Origin: Thermotogota bacterium
GTDB taxonomy: Bacteria > Thermotogota > Thermotogae > Petrotogales > Petrotogaceae
NCBI GenBank assembly: GCA_051748045.1
Contig: JBNJGY010000007.1
Coordinates: 1 to 53,666, forward strand
Length of the DNA stretch: 53,666 nt
Direction of reading: 5' to 3'
Shown: positions 1 to 10,023 of the stretch, piece by piece
Position numbering within the stretch: the first letter of the stretch is position 1
How the letters are laid out: the number at the start of each line of letters is the position of its first letter
The notes under the pieces: generated by a model
What the model was told of the DNA's origin: nothing
The model's input: only the letters and a program-made list of their open reading frames with translations
The model's database searches: none
Position numbers and translations under genes: made by a program

Positions 1-129
1 CAACAACAAGCTCCACAGCAACAACAACAAGCTCCACAACAACAACAAGCTCCACAACAACAACAAGCTCCACAACAACAACAAGCTCCACAACAACAAC
101 AATCGCCACAGCAACAACAACAGGCTCCG
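1..129 (+). repeat. Coding tandem repeat, at least 7 units of (CAA)3-5-GCT-CCA encoding Q3-5-[A/S]-P
   Basis: Direct reading: three exact 18-bp units CAACAACAACAAGCTCCA at 37-90 plus variant units on either side; begins before the window edge. Confidence 0.95.
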
Positions 130-522
130 CAACAATTCAATAATGACTATGCGCAAAACTCAAATATAATTAATCAAGGAAGTGAGGTAAACGTGAATCC
201 TGTTAATTTTGGAGAAATTTCAGACAGTAATCAACCTCAGCAAAATACACAAAATATAGATATGAACAAATTACAATTACTACTTGATGTTCCTCTTGAA
301 ATAAAAGTAGAACTTGGAAGAGTTCAAATGTCATTGAAAGAAGTTTTAGATTTACATAATGGTTCAATGCTTCAATTAGATAAACTTGCTGGTGAACCTT
401 TAGATATATATGCAAATGGAAAATTAATTGCTAGAGGAGAAGTAGTTGTTATTGAAGAAAGTTTTGGTGTAAGAATAACTGAAATAGTATCATTAAAAGA
501 AAGGCTTAGAACACTTAAATGA
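1..522 (+). CDS. fliY: Flagellar motor switch protein FliY/FliN, 5'-truncated by window edge
   Basis: Frame 1 is open from base 1 through the Q/P-rich linker into the ORF-track ORF 193..522. C-terminal SpoA/FliN domain ([15 protein letters not shown]...[35 protein letters not shown]). The long upstream linker favours FliY over stand-alone FliN. Confidence 0.85.
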   Translation, partial: QQQAPQQQQQAPQQQQAPQQQQAPQQQQAPQQQQSPQQQQQAPQQFNNDYAQNSNIINQGSEVNVNPVNFGEISDSNQPQQNTQNIDMNKLQLLLDVPLEIKVELGRVQMSLKEVLDLHNGSMLQLDKLAGEPLDIYANGKLIARGEVVVIEESFGVRITEIVSLKERLRTLK

Positions 523-1160
523 TAAAAAGAAAAATATTGTTACTAATACTTTTTGTTTTATTTTCAATATTAATTATAGCTCAAAATCATTTCGAAGATT
601 ATATAAGCACTTATTCTGGAAAAGGAAACTTAGGAATAAGTGCTTCTTTGACATTTGAAATTGATGAAGAAATGAATTTTGAAACTACTGTTAAGTATAT
701 TAATAATAGATATTTAATTGTGGAAATCATAAAACCAGAAATATTTTATGGTATTGACTATATATATGATATGTATAAAGGTGTTTTCTTCACGAAACAA
801 AATGAGAATTTAGATAAATATAGTGAGGTAAGTGTAATTACAGCTAGTATACCATCTATTTTTAACACTTTATTTATTTCATTTCAACCAAATAAACTTA
901 ACAAGGAATATGACGAAAATGATGAAAGACTAATAGAAACATACACTCCAAAATCAAAAAATATGCTTAGACTTTTGGGAATAGATTTTATTAAATTTAA
1001 AGTTTATTTTTCAAAACCAGTTAAAGGCATTTATACTTTTTCAAAATTTGAAATATTGAATTCTAATGAAGATAAAAAAATAATTTTAGAAATTGAGAAT
1101 ATAAGTTTTCTAAATGAACAACAAAGTTTAGAAATGATAAAAAATATTTTAAATAATTAA
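519..1160 (+). CDS. Exported hypothetical protein, possibly LolA-like fold
   Basis: N-terminal signal peptide ([21 protein letters not shown]); ATGA overlap with the fliY stop; beta-rich segment [20 protein letters not shown]. Confidence 0.7.
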   Translation: MIKRKILLLILFVLFSILIIAQNHFEDYISTYSGKGNLGISASLTFEIDEEMNFETTVKYINNRYLIVEIIKPEIFYGIDYIYDMYKGVFFTKQNENLDKYSEVSVITASIPSIFNTLFISFQPNKLNKEYDENDERLIETYTPKSKNMLRLLGIDFIKFKVYFSKPVKGIYTFSKFEILNSNEDKKIILEIENISFLNEQQSLEMIKNILNN

Positions 1161-1871
1161 TTCAGGTAGTAAATAATTTTTAAATTTTTCTTTTCTTTTT
1201 TCTTTATCTATACCTAAATAACCAATTTGGTTATTCAATATATCGATATCTCCGGGTTTACCATGACCTGGAGTTATTTTATTTATGTTGAAATTAATTG
1301 ATAGTTCATTGAGAACCTTTTTCCAAACAAATTCATCACTTAGCATTTTCTCTGGATGAGAATCAGAAAAAATTAAATCGCCACTAATTAAAAGATTAAT
1401 AGGTTTAACAAAATATACTGTACTATCTGGTGTATGCACACCTATTTTATTAGCAGAAATTATCTGGTTATCAAAAACAAAATGATTTGTTTTTTCAAAA
1501 AGATCCAATTTTTTATCATTTAGGTGATTTTTTATAAAAGAAAAATTATAACCAGCTTTAGAAGACAAACTCTTTAAATAATTCTTATTTAAATTAGAAA
1601 GAATATCATATAATGAATAATTCAAAACAACTTCTACATTCACATCTGAAAAAATCACGCCAAAAGAATGATCAGGATGCCAATGTGTTAAAAAAACTTT
1701 ATCCAATTTTTTCCCTGTTTTGCTTTCCATTAGTTTTTTCATTTCAACAAATTTATTCGGATATAAAGTACTATCAAAACAAATTAAAGAATCAGTATAT
1801 TCTATGAATACTACATTTGAAGATGCATTTTCAAACCAAAAAGTATAAGTATTTTCATATTTTTCTAACAT
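1149..1871 (-). CDS. MBL-fold metallo-hydrolase (cyclase/glyoxalase II-like)
   Basis: THWHPDH (HxHxDH), HTPDS, SGD and PGHG motifs; AGGAG RBS upstream. Confidence 0.9.
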   Translation of the reverse strand: MLEKYENTYTFWFENASSNVVFIEYTDSLICFDSTLYPNKFVEMKKLMESKTGKKLDKVFLTHWHPDHSFGVIFSDVNVEVVLNYSLYDILSNLNKNYLKSLSSKAGYNFSFIKNHLNDKKLDLFEKTNHFVFDNQIISANKIGVHTPDSTVYFVKPINLLISGDLIFSDSHPEKMLSDEFVWKKVLNELSINFNINKITPGHGKPGDIDILNNQIGYLGIDKEKRKEKFKNYLLPELII

Positions 1872-1909
1872 TCAATCAACTCCTTTAATTAATATTTCCT
1901 TTAAAACTA

Positions 1910-1938
1910 TTGTAAATCCTTTTATTTAATGATATAAT
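1910..1938 (+). promoter_or_regulatory. Sigma70-type promoter of the ABC exporter operon
   Basis: TTGTAA (1910-1915), 17-bp spacer, extended -10 TG-A-TATAAT (TATAAT at 1933-1938). Confidence 0.6.
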
Positions 1939-1976
1939 TTTGTAAGTAATACTAACTAATTTATGAGGTGGTAAAA

Positions 1977-3704
1977 TTGCTAATAAAAAGTTATTTTAAA
2001 AAATATTGGTGGAAATATGCACTTGGTATTATTTTTCTTTTAATTGTTGATTATATTCAAATTATAATTCCTAGAAGGATTGGTAGAATCATTGATTATA
2101 TAGGAAATGATTCGTGGGATTTAGATAATTTAAAAATATTAGTTTTAGGAATTCTGATGCTTGCCACAGGGTTAGTTATAGGTAGATTTTTTTGGAGATT
2201 TTTTATAATAGGAGCAGCAAGATTATTTCAATATAAAAATATTAATGCAATGTTTGATCATATAATAGAAATGGATCAGAATTTTTATGACAAATGGAGA
2301 ACAGGAGACCTAATGACAAGGTTTACTTCGGATACAAAGCAATTGGAAAGATTGATGGGACCAGCAATAATAATGTTTGTTGATACACTTTTTATGACAG
2401 TTATGACTGTTGTGGCGATGGGAACTTTTGTTGATTGGGAATTAACTTTCTTTTCAATACTCCCCTTACCTATTATAGCAATTATTTCTCTATTTTTTGG
2501 GAAGATTATTCATAAAAGATTTACAGAAGTACAAGAATCAACAAGTGAACTTTCAAATATAACTGAAGAAAGTTTATCAGGGATGGATGTAATTAAATTA
2601 TACTCTAATAAAAAAACTATGAGGCGTTTATTCAACAATAGTTCAAAGGATTATTTCGATTCATACATAAAGCTAATTAAAATATGGGGTTTGATGCACC
2701 CATTAGTAACATTTTTAGGATCTTTAGCCCAATTATTTGTTTTCTTTTTTGGTGGGAAAATGGTTATCAATGGTGAAATTACTCTCGGAGATTTTATAAT
2801 GACAAATCAATATGTAGGAATGTTGATTTGGCCAATGATGGCATTTGGTTTCTTAGTAAATACAATTCAAAGAGGTAGAGCTTCATTGAAAAGAATAAAT
2901 AATGTATTAGCTCAGGAAAGAAATGTTATTGAACCTGAAAAGAAAGAAATAAACTTTGAAGGACATTTTGAAATAAAAAATTTGGATTTCAAATATCCTA
3001 CAAGTGAACGAAAAATATTAAAAAATGTAGATATTGATATTAAACCTGGAGAAATGATAGCTTTTGTAGGTAAAGTGGGTTCAGGCAAGTCGACTGTGGG
3101 CAAATTGATGGCAAAACTTTATCCTATTGAAGAAAATTCTATTTTTGTTGATGGACAAGACATAAATAGTATACATGGAGAATTAATCAGAGAACATGTC
3201 TCATACGTACCTCAAGATAATTTTTTATTTTCAATGAGCATAAGAGAAAACATAGCATTTTCAAATATAGATTTAGCTCCTAGGGCTGAAGAGTTTGCTC
3301 AAAAAGCAAGTGTAGATGAGGATTTAAGAAAGCTTGATAAAGGTTATGAAACAGTTGTAGGCGAAAGAGGAGTTACTTTATCTGGTGGACAAAGACAAAG
3401 AGTAACTATTGCAAGAGCATTAGCTAAAAAATCAAAAGTAATCATTTTAGACGATTGCTTATCAGCTGTTGATACAGAAACAGAGGAAAAAATTATAAAA
3501 AATTTAAGAGAAGAAACTATTGGAAAAACAATAGTAGTTATTTCTCATAGATTAAAAGCGGTTAAAGATGCCAATAAAATTTATGTTTTTGAAGATGGAA
3601 TAATTAAAGAAAGTGGAACACATAATGAATTACTTAATAATCACGATGTATATTATGACATGTATCAAAAACAACTAATAGAAGAAAAACTAGAGGAGGA
3701 ATAA
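1977..3704 (+). CDS. Heterodimeric multidrug ABC exporter, subunit 1 (BmrC/YheI-like)
   Basis: 6-TM domain plus NBD: GKVGSGKS, LSGGQRQR, degenerate Walker B IILDD. ORF track starts at GTG 1968, which lies inside the GAGGTG RBS; TTG 1977 is the better start. Confidence 0.92.
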   Translation: MLIKSYFKKYWWKYALGIIFLLIVDYIQIIIPRRIGRIIDYIGNDSWDLDNLKILVLGILMLATGLVIGRFFWRFFIIGAARLFQYKNINAMFDHIIEMDQNFYDKWRTGDLMTRFTSDTKQLERLMGPAIIMFVDTLFMTVMTVVAMGTFVDWELTFFSILPLPIIAIISLFFGKIIHKRFTEVQESTSELSNITEESLSGMDVIKLYSNKKTMRRLFNNSSKDYFDSYIKLIKIWGLMHPLVTFLGSLAQLFVFFFGGKMVINGEITLGDFIMTNQYVGMLIWPMMAFGFLVNTIQRGRASLKRINNVLAQERNVIEPEKKEINFEGHFEIKNLDFKYPTSERKILKNVDIDIKPGEMIAFVGKVGSGKSTVGKLMAKLYPIEENSIFVDGQDINSIHGELIREHVSYVPQDNFLFSMSIRENIAFSNIDLAPRAEEFAQKASVDEDLRKLDKGYETVVGERGVTLSGGQRQRVTIARALAKKSKVIILDDCLSAVDTETEEKIIKNLREETIGKTIVVISHRLKAVKDANKIYVFEDGIIKESGTHNELLNNHDVYYDMYQKQLIEEKLEEE

Positions 3705-3706
3705 GG

Positions 3707-5641
3707 ATGCCATCATCACATGAAGAAATCTTACTAGAAGAAAAAGAAAAAAGCAAAAGCGATATTCATACCTTTAAAAGATTATGGAAATATATTAGAA
3801 ATTACAAGATGATATTAGTTATTGCTTTTATAACGCTTTTTTTGGCAGCAATAATAGATTTGGCATTACCTTATTTTATAAAATATGGAATAGATAATTA
3901 TATAACTGTTGAATACAATTTCTCTTATAATGAAACTGAAAATTCTTTTGAAATAGATCCAGAGGGTAAATGGGTATATAAAGATAACAACAATGAAAAT
4001 ATAATAGTTAATCAAGAAACTAATGAAAAGAGAGAAATAAGTCAAGAGCTTGTTAATTTAGCTAAAAGTGATAATATCTCAAGCATAACATTCTTTTCAT
4101 TAATATTCTTAGGTATTCTTTTAGTTGGAATTTTATTTAATTATGGGCAAGTTTATTTTTCTAATTTATTAGGTCAAAGAGTTATTTATAATATACGGAG
4201 TGATTTATTCGAACACATAACAAAAGTTCAATATAAATTTTTTACCAAAAATCCTACAGGTAAAATAAATACTAGAATTGTTTATGATACTCAAAATTTA
4301 TCTGAATTTTTTTCTGAGGTTTTAAGTAGTTTGTTAAAAGATATTGCTGTTTTAACAGGAGTAGTAATATTGATATTCACTTTAAATGTTAGATTATCTT
4401 TATATACAGTTATTACTTTTCCTATTGTTTTATTTTCTTTATATTTATTCAGAATATTTGATAGAAAAGCTTACGATAAAGTTAGAACAAGAATAAGTGT
4501 AGTTAATTCATATCTAGCAGAAAATATATCTGGAAGTAGTGTAACTACTTTATTTAATCAGGAAAAAAGGAAGAAAAAAGAATTTGATCATTTAAGTAAT
4601 AAATTGTATAGAGCAAGAATTCAACAAATGTATGTTTTTGCTATTTTTAGACCTGCGATGAATTTTCTCTATTTTTTAACACTATCAATTCTTTTATGGT
4701 TTGGTTCTCAAGGTGTAAGAGAAGGATTTACGACATTTGGTACTTTATACGCTTTTACTTCTTATGTTCAAATGTTCTTTAGACCTTTGTTTAATATAGC
4801 AGAAAAATATGACATAATGCAAAATGCCTTTGCTTCAGCAGGAAAAATATTTAGATTATTTGATGCGAAACATGAATACTTAGGAAAAGGAATAAAAAAA
4901 GACTTAACCCAAGGAGAAGTTAGGTTTGATAATGTAGAATTTTCATATAAGAAAGAAGAAGAACAAGTTTTAAGAGGAGTAAACTTTAATATTAAAGCCA
5001 ATGATAGAGTTTCTATAGTTGGTGAAACTGGTTCAGGTAAAACTACTATGATTAAATTAATGAGTGGTTTATACGAAATCGATAAAGGTGAAATTTATTT
5101 TGACGAAGTTCCACTTTTTGATTATGATCTGGATTCTCTTAGAAGAAAAATAGCAGTTGTTCCTCAAGATGTTTTTCTTTTTTCAGGAAATATTATTGAA
5201 AATATTAGATTATTCAATAATGAAATAACTGAAGATGAAGCCATAAACGCAGCAAAGGAAGTTTATGCTCATGATATAATACAAAAATTACCAGAAGGTT
5301 ATTATACAGAAATAATGGAAAGAGGGGGAACTTTATCTTCAGGAGAAAGACAGTTGATAGCATTGGCAAGAGCTGTATTATTCAATGCTAAGATAATAAT
5401 TCTTGACGAAGCTACTGCAAATATAGATGTTCAGACAGAAGATTTGATTCAAAAAGCACTTGATAAGATTGCTCATAATACTACCATAATATCCATCGCA
5501 CATAGATTATCTACTGTTAAAAGTTCAAATAAAATACTTGTAATGCATAAAGGATTAGTAGTTGAAGAAGGCTCTCATAATGAACTCATAGATAAAAGAG
5601 GAATTTATTATGATTTATATAAACTACAATTTGAAAATTAA
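3707..5641 (+). CDS. Heterodimeric multidrug ABC exporter, subunit 2 (BmrD/YheH-like)
   Basis: TMD with extracellular insertion between TM1 and TM2; GETGSGKT, degenerate signature LSSGERQ, consensus Walker B IILDE, AHRLST. Confidence 0.92.
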   Translation: MPSSHEEILLEEKEKSKSDIHTFKRLWKYIRNYKMILVIAFITLFLAAIIDLALPYFIKYGIDNYITVEYNFSYNETENSFEIDPEGKWVYKDNNNENIIVNQETNEKREISQELVNLAKSDNISSITFFSLIFLGILLVGILFNYGQVYFSNLLGQRVIYNIRSDLFEHITKVQYKFFTKNPTGKINTRIVYDTQNLSEFFSEVLSSLLKDIAVLTGVVILIFTLNVRLSLYTVITFPIVLFSLYLFRIFDRKAYDKVRTRISVVNSYLAENISGSSVTTLFNQEKRKKKEFDHLSNKLYRARIQQMYVFAIFRPAMNFLYFLTLSILLWFGSQGVREGFTTFGTLYAFTSYVQMFFRPLFNIAEKYDIMQNAFASAGKIFRLFDAKHEYLGKGIKKDLTQGEVRFDNVEFSYKKEEEQVLRGVNFNIKANDRVSIVGETGSGKTTMIKLMSGLYEIDKGEIYFDEVPLFDYDLDSLRRKIAVVPQDVFLFSGNIIENIRLFNNEITEDEAINAAKEVYAHDIIQKLPEGYYTEIMERGGTLSSGERQLIALARAVLFNAKIIILDEATANIDVQTEDLIQKALDKIAHNTTIISIAHRLSTVKSSNKILVMHKGLVVEEGSHNELIDKRGIYYDLYKLQFEN

Positions 5642-5648
5642 TTAAATT

Positions 5649-5692
5649 AAAAGCTCAAAATCTCTTTTAAAAAGAAGATTTTGAGCTTTTTT
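5649..5692 (+). terminator. Intrinsic terminator after ABC exporter
   Basis: AAAAGCTCAAAATCT / AGATTTTGAGCTTTT inverted repeat with T-tract. Confidence 0.8.
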
Positions 5693-5712
5693 AAATAAAA
5701 GAAATATTACTC

Positions 5713-5728
5713 ATACAATATATTGTGT
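5713..5728. promoter_or_regulatory. NrdR-box-like palindrome upstream of dnaA
   Basis: ATACAATATATTGTGT matches the NrdR consensus acaCwAtATaTwGtgt at 15/16 positions; no clear second tandem box. Confidence 0.4.
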
Positions 5729-6049
5729 ATTTTCAGAGTTCATATAAATATTTTCATTAAATAGAATTATTATATTATTTATATAGCCAATAGTGAATTA
5801 TAGATATTTTCGTATATAAACAAGTAAAATCGTAGACCACATATAAATGTTTCTGGTATATTACGGCAGTATAAAATATAAAATAATTAATTATATTAAA
5901 AACAGTATACAAGAAATATTTAATAAAAAAATAGTTACACAAAATATTAAACTTAAACTTCTAATTGATACATACAGAGCTAAGTTGAAACATAAAACCT
6001 TTGTATTCCTTTTATGACAATGGTTATAAAGAATTAATGAAAAATTTTC

Positions 6050-6078
6050 TTGATTAACAACCTTCAATATGATAAGCT
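6050..6078 (+). promoter_or_regulatory. Candidate dnaA promoter
   Basis: TTGATT (6050-6055), 17-bp spacer, extended -10 TG-A-TAAGCT (TAAGCT at 6073-6078). Confidence 0.45.
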
Positions 6079-6111
6079 TTATATTGGCTATATTTTGAAG
6101 GGGTGGATTAG

Positions 6112-7476
6112 ATGTTCAAGGATGATCTTCTTGAAAAGTTAAAAATGAATATCTCTAGAGAAACTTGGAACAACTGGTTATCCAATTCCGAAATTCTACA
6201 TATGAATGAAAAAGAAGTAGTAATGGGCTTGAGTAATCATTTTATAAAAGAGACAGTTGAAAAAAAGTTTAATAATGTTATAAAACAGACCATATCAGAT
6301 ATACTTGGTCAAGAAATGAAAGTATCCTATAAAATAAAAACTATAGATCAAGCAAAAAATAGAGCAGCTGGTCCATTAATAAAAAATAGGCCTCTAAAAC
6401 TTTCTGAATTCAATTCTGAGTTTAATTTTGAGTCATTTGTAATTGGCGAATCTAATAGAATGGCCTATTATTCAGCTTATGAAGTTTCAAAAAGTCCTGG
6501 TAAGTTCAATCCTCTTTTTATTTATGGAGATGTTGGGTTAGGTAAAACACATCTAATGCATGCTATAGCGAATCATGTGTTAGAACATAGTACAGATCTT
6601 AGAGTTAAATATTTAACAGCTGAAGACTTTATGAATGAAATGATGGATGCAATAAGAGCTCAAAATATGGACAGTTTTAGAGAAAGATTTAGAAAAACTG
6701 TTGATATACTATTAATAGATGATGTTCAGTTTCTTATTGGAAAAAATAATGTACAAAATGAATTATTCCATACTTTCAATTCTTTGTTTAATGCAGGTAA
6801 ACAAGTTATTGTTTGCTCTGATAGAACACCTGATGAACTAGCAACTTTTCATCCAAGATTAATATCAAGATTTCAAATGGGATTAATAGTAAATGTAGGC
6901 ACTCCAGATGAAGATACAAGATATTTAATAGCAAAAAAAATGGCTTCAATGATATCATTACAAATATCAGATGATGTAGCTCATTATCTAGCTGAACATG
7001 TAAATAGAAACTTACGTAGGCTACGTGGAGCAATAATGAATTTGATGCTTCATACAAAAATTACTGGAGAACCAGCAACAGTTTATTCAGCAAAAAAAAT
7101 TGTTGAATCAATAATGAGAATGAACAAATCAAAAGTAAAATATAACTCAAAAGAAGCATTTGAAACAATAAAAACAAATACTTTAATAAATTCCGTTTTA
7201 GAAGAATATGAAATTACTAGAGAAGATTTATATTCAAGTTCTAGAAAGAAAAGTATTTCTCAAGCAAGACAAGTTCTAGCTTATTTATTAAAAATTTATC
7301 TTAAGATGCCAGTTAAAAAAATTGCTAAGATGCTAAAAAGAAACCATTCAACAATAAGCCATTCAATAAAAAAGATAGACCAATCTTTATTAATTGGGAA
7401 CAACAAGCTTAAAACAAAAATAGAAAATATAAAAGAAAAAATTGAAAATGAAAAAGTTGATATAGATATAGTATAG
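6112..7476 (+). CDS. dnaA: Chromosomal replication initiator DnaA
   Basis: FNFESFVIGESN, NPLFIYGDVGLGKTHL, LLIDDVQF, ELFHTFN, RLISRF; domain IV KRNHSTISHS. Confidence 0.98.
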   Translation: MFKDDLLEKLKMNISRETWNNWLSNSEILHMNEKEVVMGLSNHFIKETVEKKFNNVIKQTISDILGQEMKVSYKIKTIDQAKNRAAGPLIKNRPLKLSEFNSEFNFESFVIGESNRMAYYSAYEVSKSPGKFNPLFIYGDVGLGKTHLMHAIANHVLEHSTDLRVKYLTAEDFMNEMMDAIRAQNMDSFRERFRKTVDILLIDDVQFLIGKNNVQNELFHTFNSLFNAGKQVIVCSDRTPDELATFHPRLISRFQMGLIVNVGTPDEDTRYLIAKKMASMISLQISDDVAHYLAEHVNRNLRRLRGAIMNLMLHTKITGEPATVYSAKKIVESIMRMNKSKVKYNSKEAFETIKTNTLINSVLEEYEITREDLYSSSRKKSISQARQVLAYLLKIYLKMPVKKIAKMLKRNHSTISHSIKKIDQSLLIGNNKLKTKIENIKEKIENEKVDIDIV

Positions 7477-7505
7477 GAGAATGGTTAATTCCATTCTCTT
7501 TTTTT
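7477..7505 (+). terminator. Intrinsic terminator after dnaA
   Basis: GAGAATGG-TTAATT-CCATTCTC followed by T7. Confidence 0.85.
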
Positions 7506-7664
7506 AAACATGTAAGATATTGGAATTTCAACCGATAAAAGGATATTATCTTTGATTATCAATAAAATTCAGTATTCTATGACATTGAAAAATTTTTCAT
7601 TATATTTTAAACTATTAATGGTAAGTAATATAAATTAATTATAAAATATATGAGGAGTGAGATT

Positions 7665-8702
7665 ATGAAAGCTCTTTTAAAAGCTAAAAAAACAAAAGGC
7701 TTTGAACTTGCAGATGTAGAAGAACCAAAAATTATTAATTCAGATGACGTTAAAATAAGGGTTTTAAGAGCGTCTGTTTGTGGTACTGACGTTCATATTT
7801 ATGAATGGAATGAATGGGCAGAAGACAGAATCAAACCTCCACAAATAGGCGGTCATGAATTTGTAGGTGAAGTAATAGAGGTTGGTCCTGAAGTAAAAAA
7901 TTTAAAAAAAGGTGATTTAGTAGCAAGTGAAACACATATCCCTTGTAAAGTTTGTTATCAATGTAAAACTGGCAAAATGCATGTATGTAAAGATATGGAA
8001 ATATTAGGTGTTGATAGAGATGGTGTTTTCGCAGAATATACAGTTGTACCTGAAATTGTTTTATGGAAGATTGATGAAAATATACCTTTAAAATATGCTT
8101 CAGTTATGGAACCACTTGGAAATGCAATACATACAGCAACAGCAACTGATTTAAGAGGGAAAATTGTATTAATTACAGGAGCAGGACCAATTGGGGCAAT
8201 GGCAATAGAAATTGCTAGAGTTTCAGGCGCAGCTGCTGTTATTGTTAGTGAATTATCTGAATATAGAATTAAAATGGCAAAAGATATGGGAGCAGATTTA
8301 GTTATTAATCCTGCAGAAACGGATATTCATGCTGAAATTGAAAAATTCACTGATGGACATGGAATAGATGTTTTAATGGAAATGTCAGGAAGTGTAAAAG
8401 CATTGAATGATGGAATTCTATCATTAACCAATGGAGGATTTGCATCTATTTTGGGAGTGTATAATGAAAAAGAAATACCATTTGTAATGAATGCTTCTGT
8501 TTTCAAAAATATTACTATACAAACAATAACTGGTAGAAAAATGTTTGAAACATGGCATATTGCTTCCCAGTTATTAAAATATAAAAAAATTAATTTAGAT
8601 AGAGTAGTGACTCATGAATTAGATCTTGAAGATTATGAAAAAGCTTTTGATCTAATGATTTCAGGAAAAAGTGGTAAAATAGTATTAAAAATAGCAGATT
8701 AA
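7665..8702 (+). CDS. tdh: L-threonine 3-dehydrogenase
   Basis: Zn-dependent MDR motifs CGTDVHIY, GHE, ETHIPCxxCxxC, GAGPIG, ITGRKMFETW; adjacent to kbl. Start moved from 7650 to ATG 7665 (GAGGAG RBS). Confidence 0.95.
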   Translation: MKALLKAKKTKGFELADVEEPKIINSDDVKIRVLRASVCGTDVHIYEWNEWAEDRIKPPQIGGHEFVGEVIEVGPEVKNLKKGDLVASETHIPCKVCYQCKTGKMHVCKDMEILGVDRDGVFAEYTVVPEIVLWKIDENIPLKYASVMEPLGNAIHTATATDLRGKIVLITGAGPIGAMAIEIARVSGAAAVIVSELSEYRIKMAKDMGADLVINPAETDIHAEIEKFTDGHGIDVLMEMSGSVKALNDGILSLTNGGFASILGVYNEKEIPFVMNASVFKNITIQTITGRKMFETWHIASQLLKYKKINLDRVVTHELDLEDYEKAFDLMISGKSGKIVLKIAD

Positions 8703-8715
8703 AGGGGGACTATAA

Positions 8716-9897
8716 ATGAATTTTTACGAAGATTTGAAAAATGAAATGCAAGAATTAGAAGATAATGGTCTATTAGTAACTATAAGAACATTAAACACAG
8801 CTCAAGGAGCATGGCTTAATGTTGATGGGAAAAAAGTTTTAAATATGTGCTCAAACAACTACTTGAATTTTGCTAATAATGAAGAACTTAAAAAAGGTGC
8901 TATTGAAGCAATAAAAGAATGGGGTGTTGGACCAGGTGCTGTTAGATCTATTGCTGGAACTCTGGAAATCCATAATCAATTAGAAAAAGAGTTAGCTGAT
9001 TTTAAAGGTGTAGAAGATACATTAGTAGTTCAAAGCGGTTTTAACGCCAATCAAGCTGTTATTCCTGCTATAATGGGGAAAGAAGATGCTATATTATCCG
9101 ATGAACTAAATCATGCTAGTATTATAGATGGAGTTAGACTTACAAAATCAAAAAAATATGTATGGAAACATAAAGATGTAAATTCATTAGAAGAAGCATT
9201 AAAAAAAGCTGATGAAGAAGGAGCAAGAAGAAAATTAGTCATTACTGATGGTGTATTTTCTATGGATGGTGACATAGCTCCTCTCGATGAAATAGCCAAA
9301 GTATCAAAAAAATATAATGCTCTCGTTATGGTTGATGATGCTCATGGAGAAGGTGTTTTAGGTAAAAACGGAAGAGGAATTGTAGATCATTTTGGTTTAC
9401 ATGAATCAGTTGATATAGAAGTTGGAACATTATCAAAAGCTTTTGGTGTAGTTGGAGGATTTGTTGCAGGGAAAAAAGAACTTATAAAATATTTAAAACA
9501 AAAAGCAAGACCATTTTTATTCTCAAGTTCACTGTCTCCTGCTGAAACAGGTGCTGCTTTAGCAGCAGTTAGATATTTAGAAGAAACTGGAAAACCTGTA
9601 GAAAAATTATGGGACAATGGAAAATATTTCCAAAATAAAATAAAAGAAATGGGATTTGATATAGGACATACTGTAACCCCAATAACTCCTGTTATGCTTT
9701 ATGAAGCAAAAACAGCAAAAGAATTTTCTAAAAAATTATATGAAGAAGGTATATTCGCTTCAGCAATTGGATTTCCAACAGTACCAAAAGGGAAAGCTAG
9801 AATAAGAGTTATGATAAGTGCATCACACTCGAAAGATGATTTAGATTTTGCATTAGAAAGATTTGAAAAAATAGGTAAAGAATTAAAAGTTATATAA
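8716..9897 (+). CDS. kbl: Glycine C-acetyltransferase (2-amino-3-ketobutyrate CoA ligase)
   Basis: [41 protein letters not shown] (PLP Lys); operon with tdh. Confidence 0.93.
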   Translation: MNFYEDLKNEMQELEDNGLLVTIRTLNTAQGAWLNVDGKKVLNMCSNNYLNFANNEELKKGAIEAIKEWGVGPGAVRSIAGTLEIHNQLEKELADFKGVEDTLVVQSGFNANQAVIPAIMGKEDAILSDELNHASIIDGVRLTKSKKYVWKHKDVNSLEEALKKADEEGARRKLVITDGVFSMDGDIAPLDEIAKVSKKYNALVMVDDAHGEGVLGKNGRGIVDHFGLHESVDIEVGTLSKAFGVVGGFVAGKKELIKYLKQKARPFLFSSSLSPAETGAALAAVRYLEETGKPVEKLWDNGKYFQNKIKEMGFDIGHTVTPITPVMLYEAKTAKEFSKKLYEEGIFASAIGFPTVPKGKARIRVMISASHSKDDLDFALERFEKIGKELKVI

Positions 9898-9912
9898 ACT
9901 AACTTTAAACTG

Positions 9913-9942
9913 AAGAGACCAATTAAAATTGGTCTCTTTTTT
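9913..9942 (+). terminator. Intrinsic terminator after kbl
   Basis: AAGAGACCAATT / AATTGGTCTCTT plus T-tract. Confidence 0.85.
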
Positions 9943-10023
9943 AATAAATTTTTATCTTAAAGTATAATAATAAAAACCTTTAGATGATATAATATATTAA
10001 AAATAATCTATGAGGTGAAATGA

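Noticed and set aside
1-129. Short tandem repeats as a CRISPR array
   Set aside because: No unique spacers; units are in-frame codon repeats inside fliY.
1977-5641. Degenerate ABC motifs (LDD Walker B, LSSGE signature) as pseudogenisation or novelty
   Set aside because: This asymmetry is the normal degenerate/consensus site arrangement of BmrCD-type heterodimeric exporters.
5693-6111. Canonical oriC upstream of dnaA
   Set aside because: Best TTWTNCACA matches I found have 2 or more mismatches, with no box cluster or DnaA-trio run; GC skew cannot be judged from this window.
7513-7599. Sigma28-like TAAG-N14-ACCGATAA and palindrome TGAAAAATTTTTCA upstream of tdh
   Set aside because: Imperfect match ahead of a non-flagellar gene; the palindrome is almost all A/T and expected by chance.
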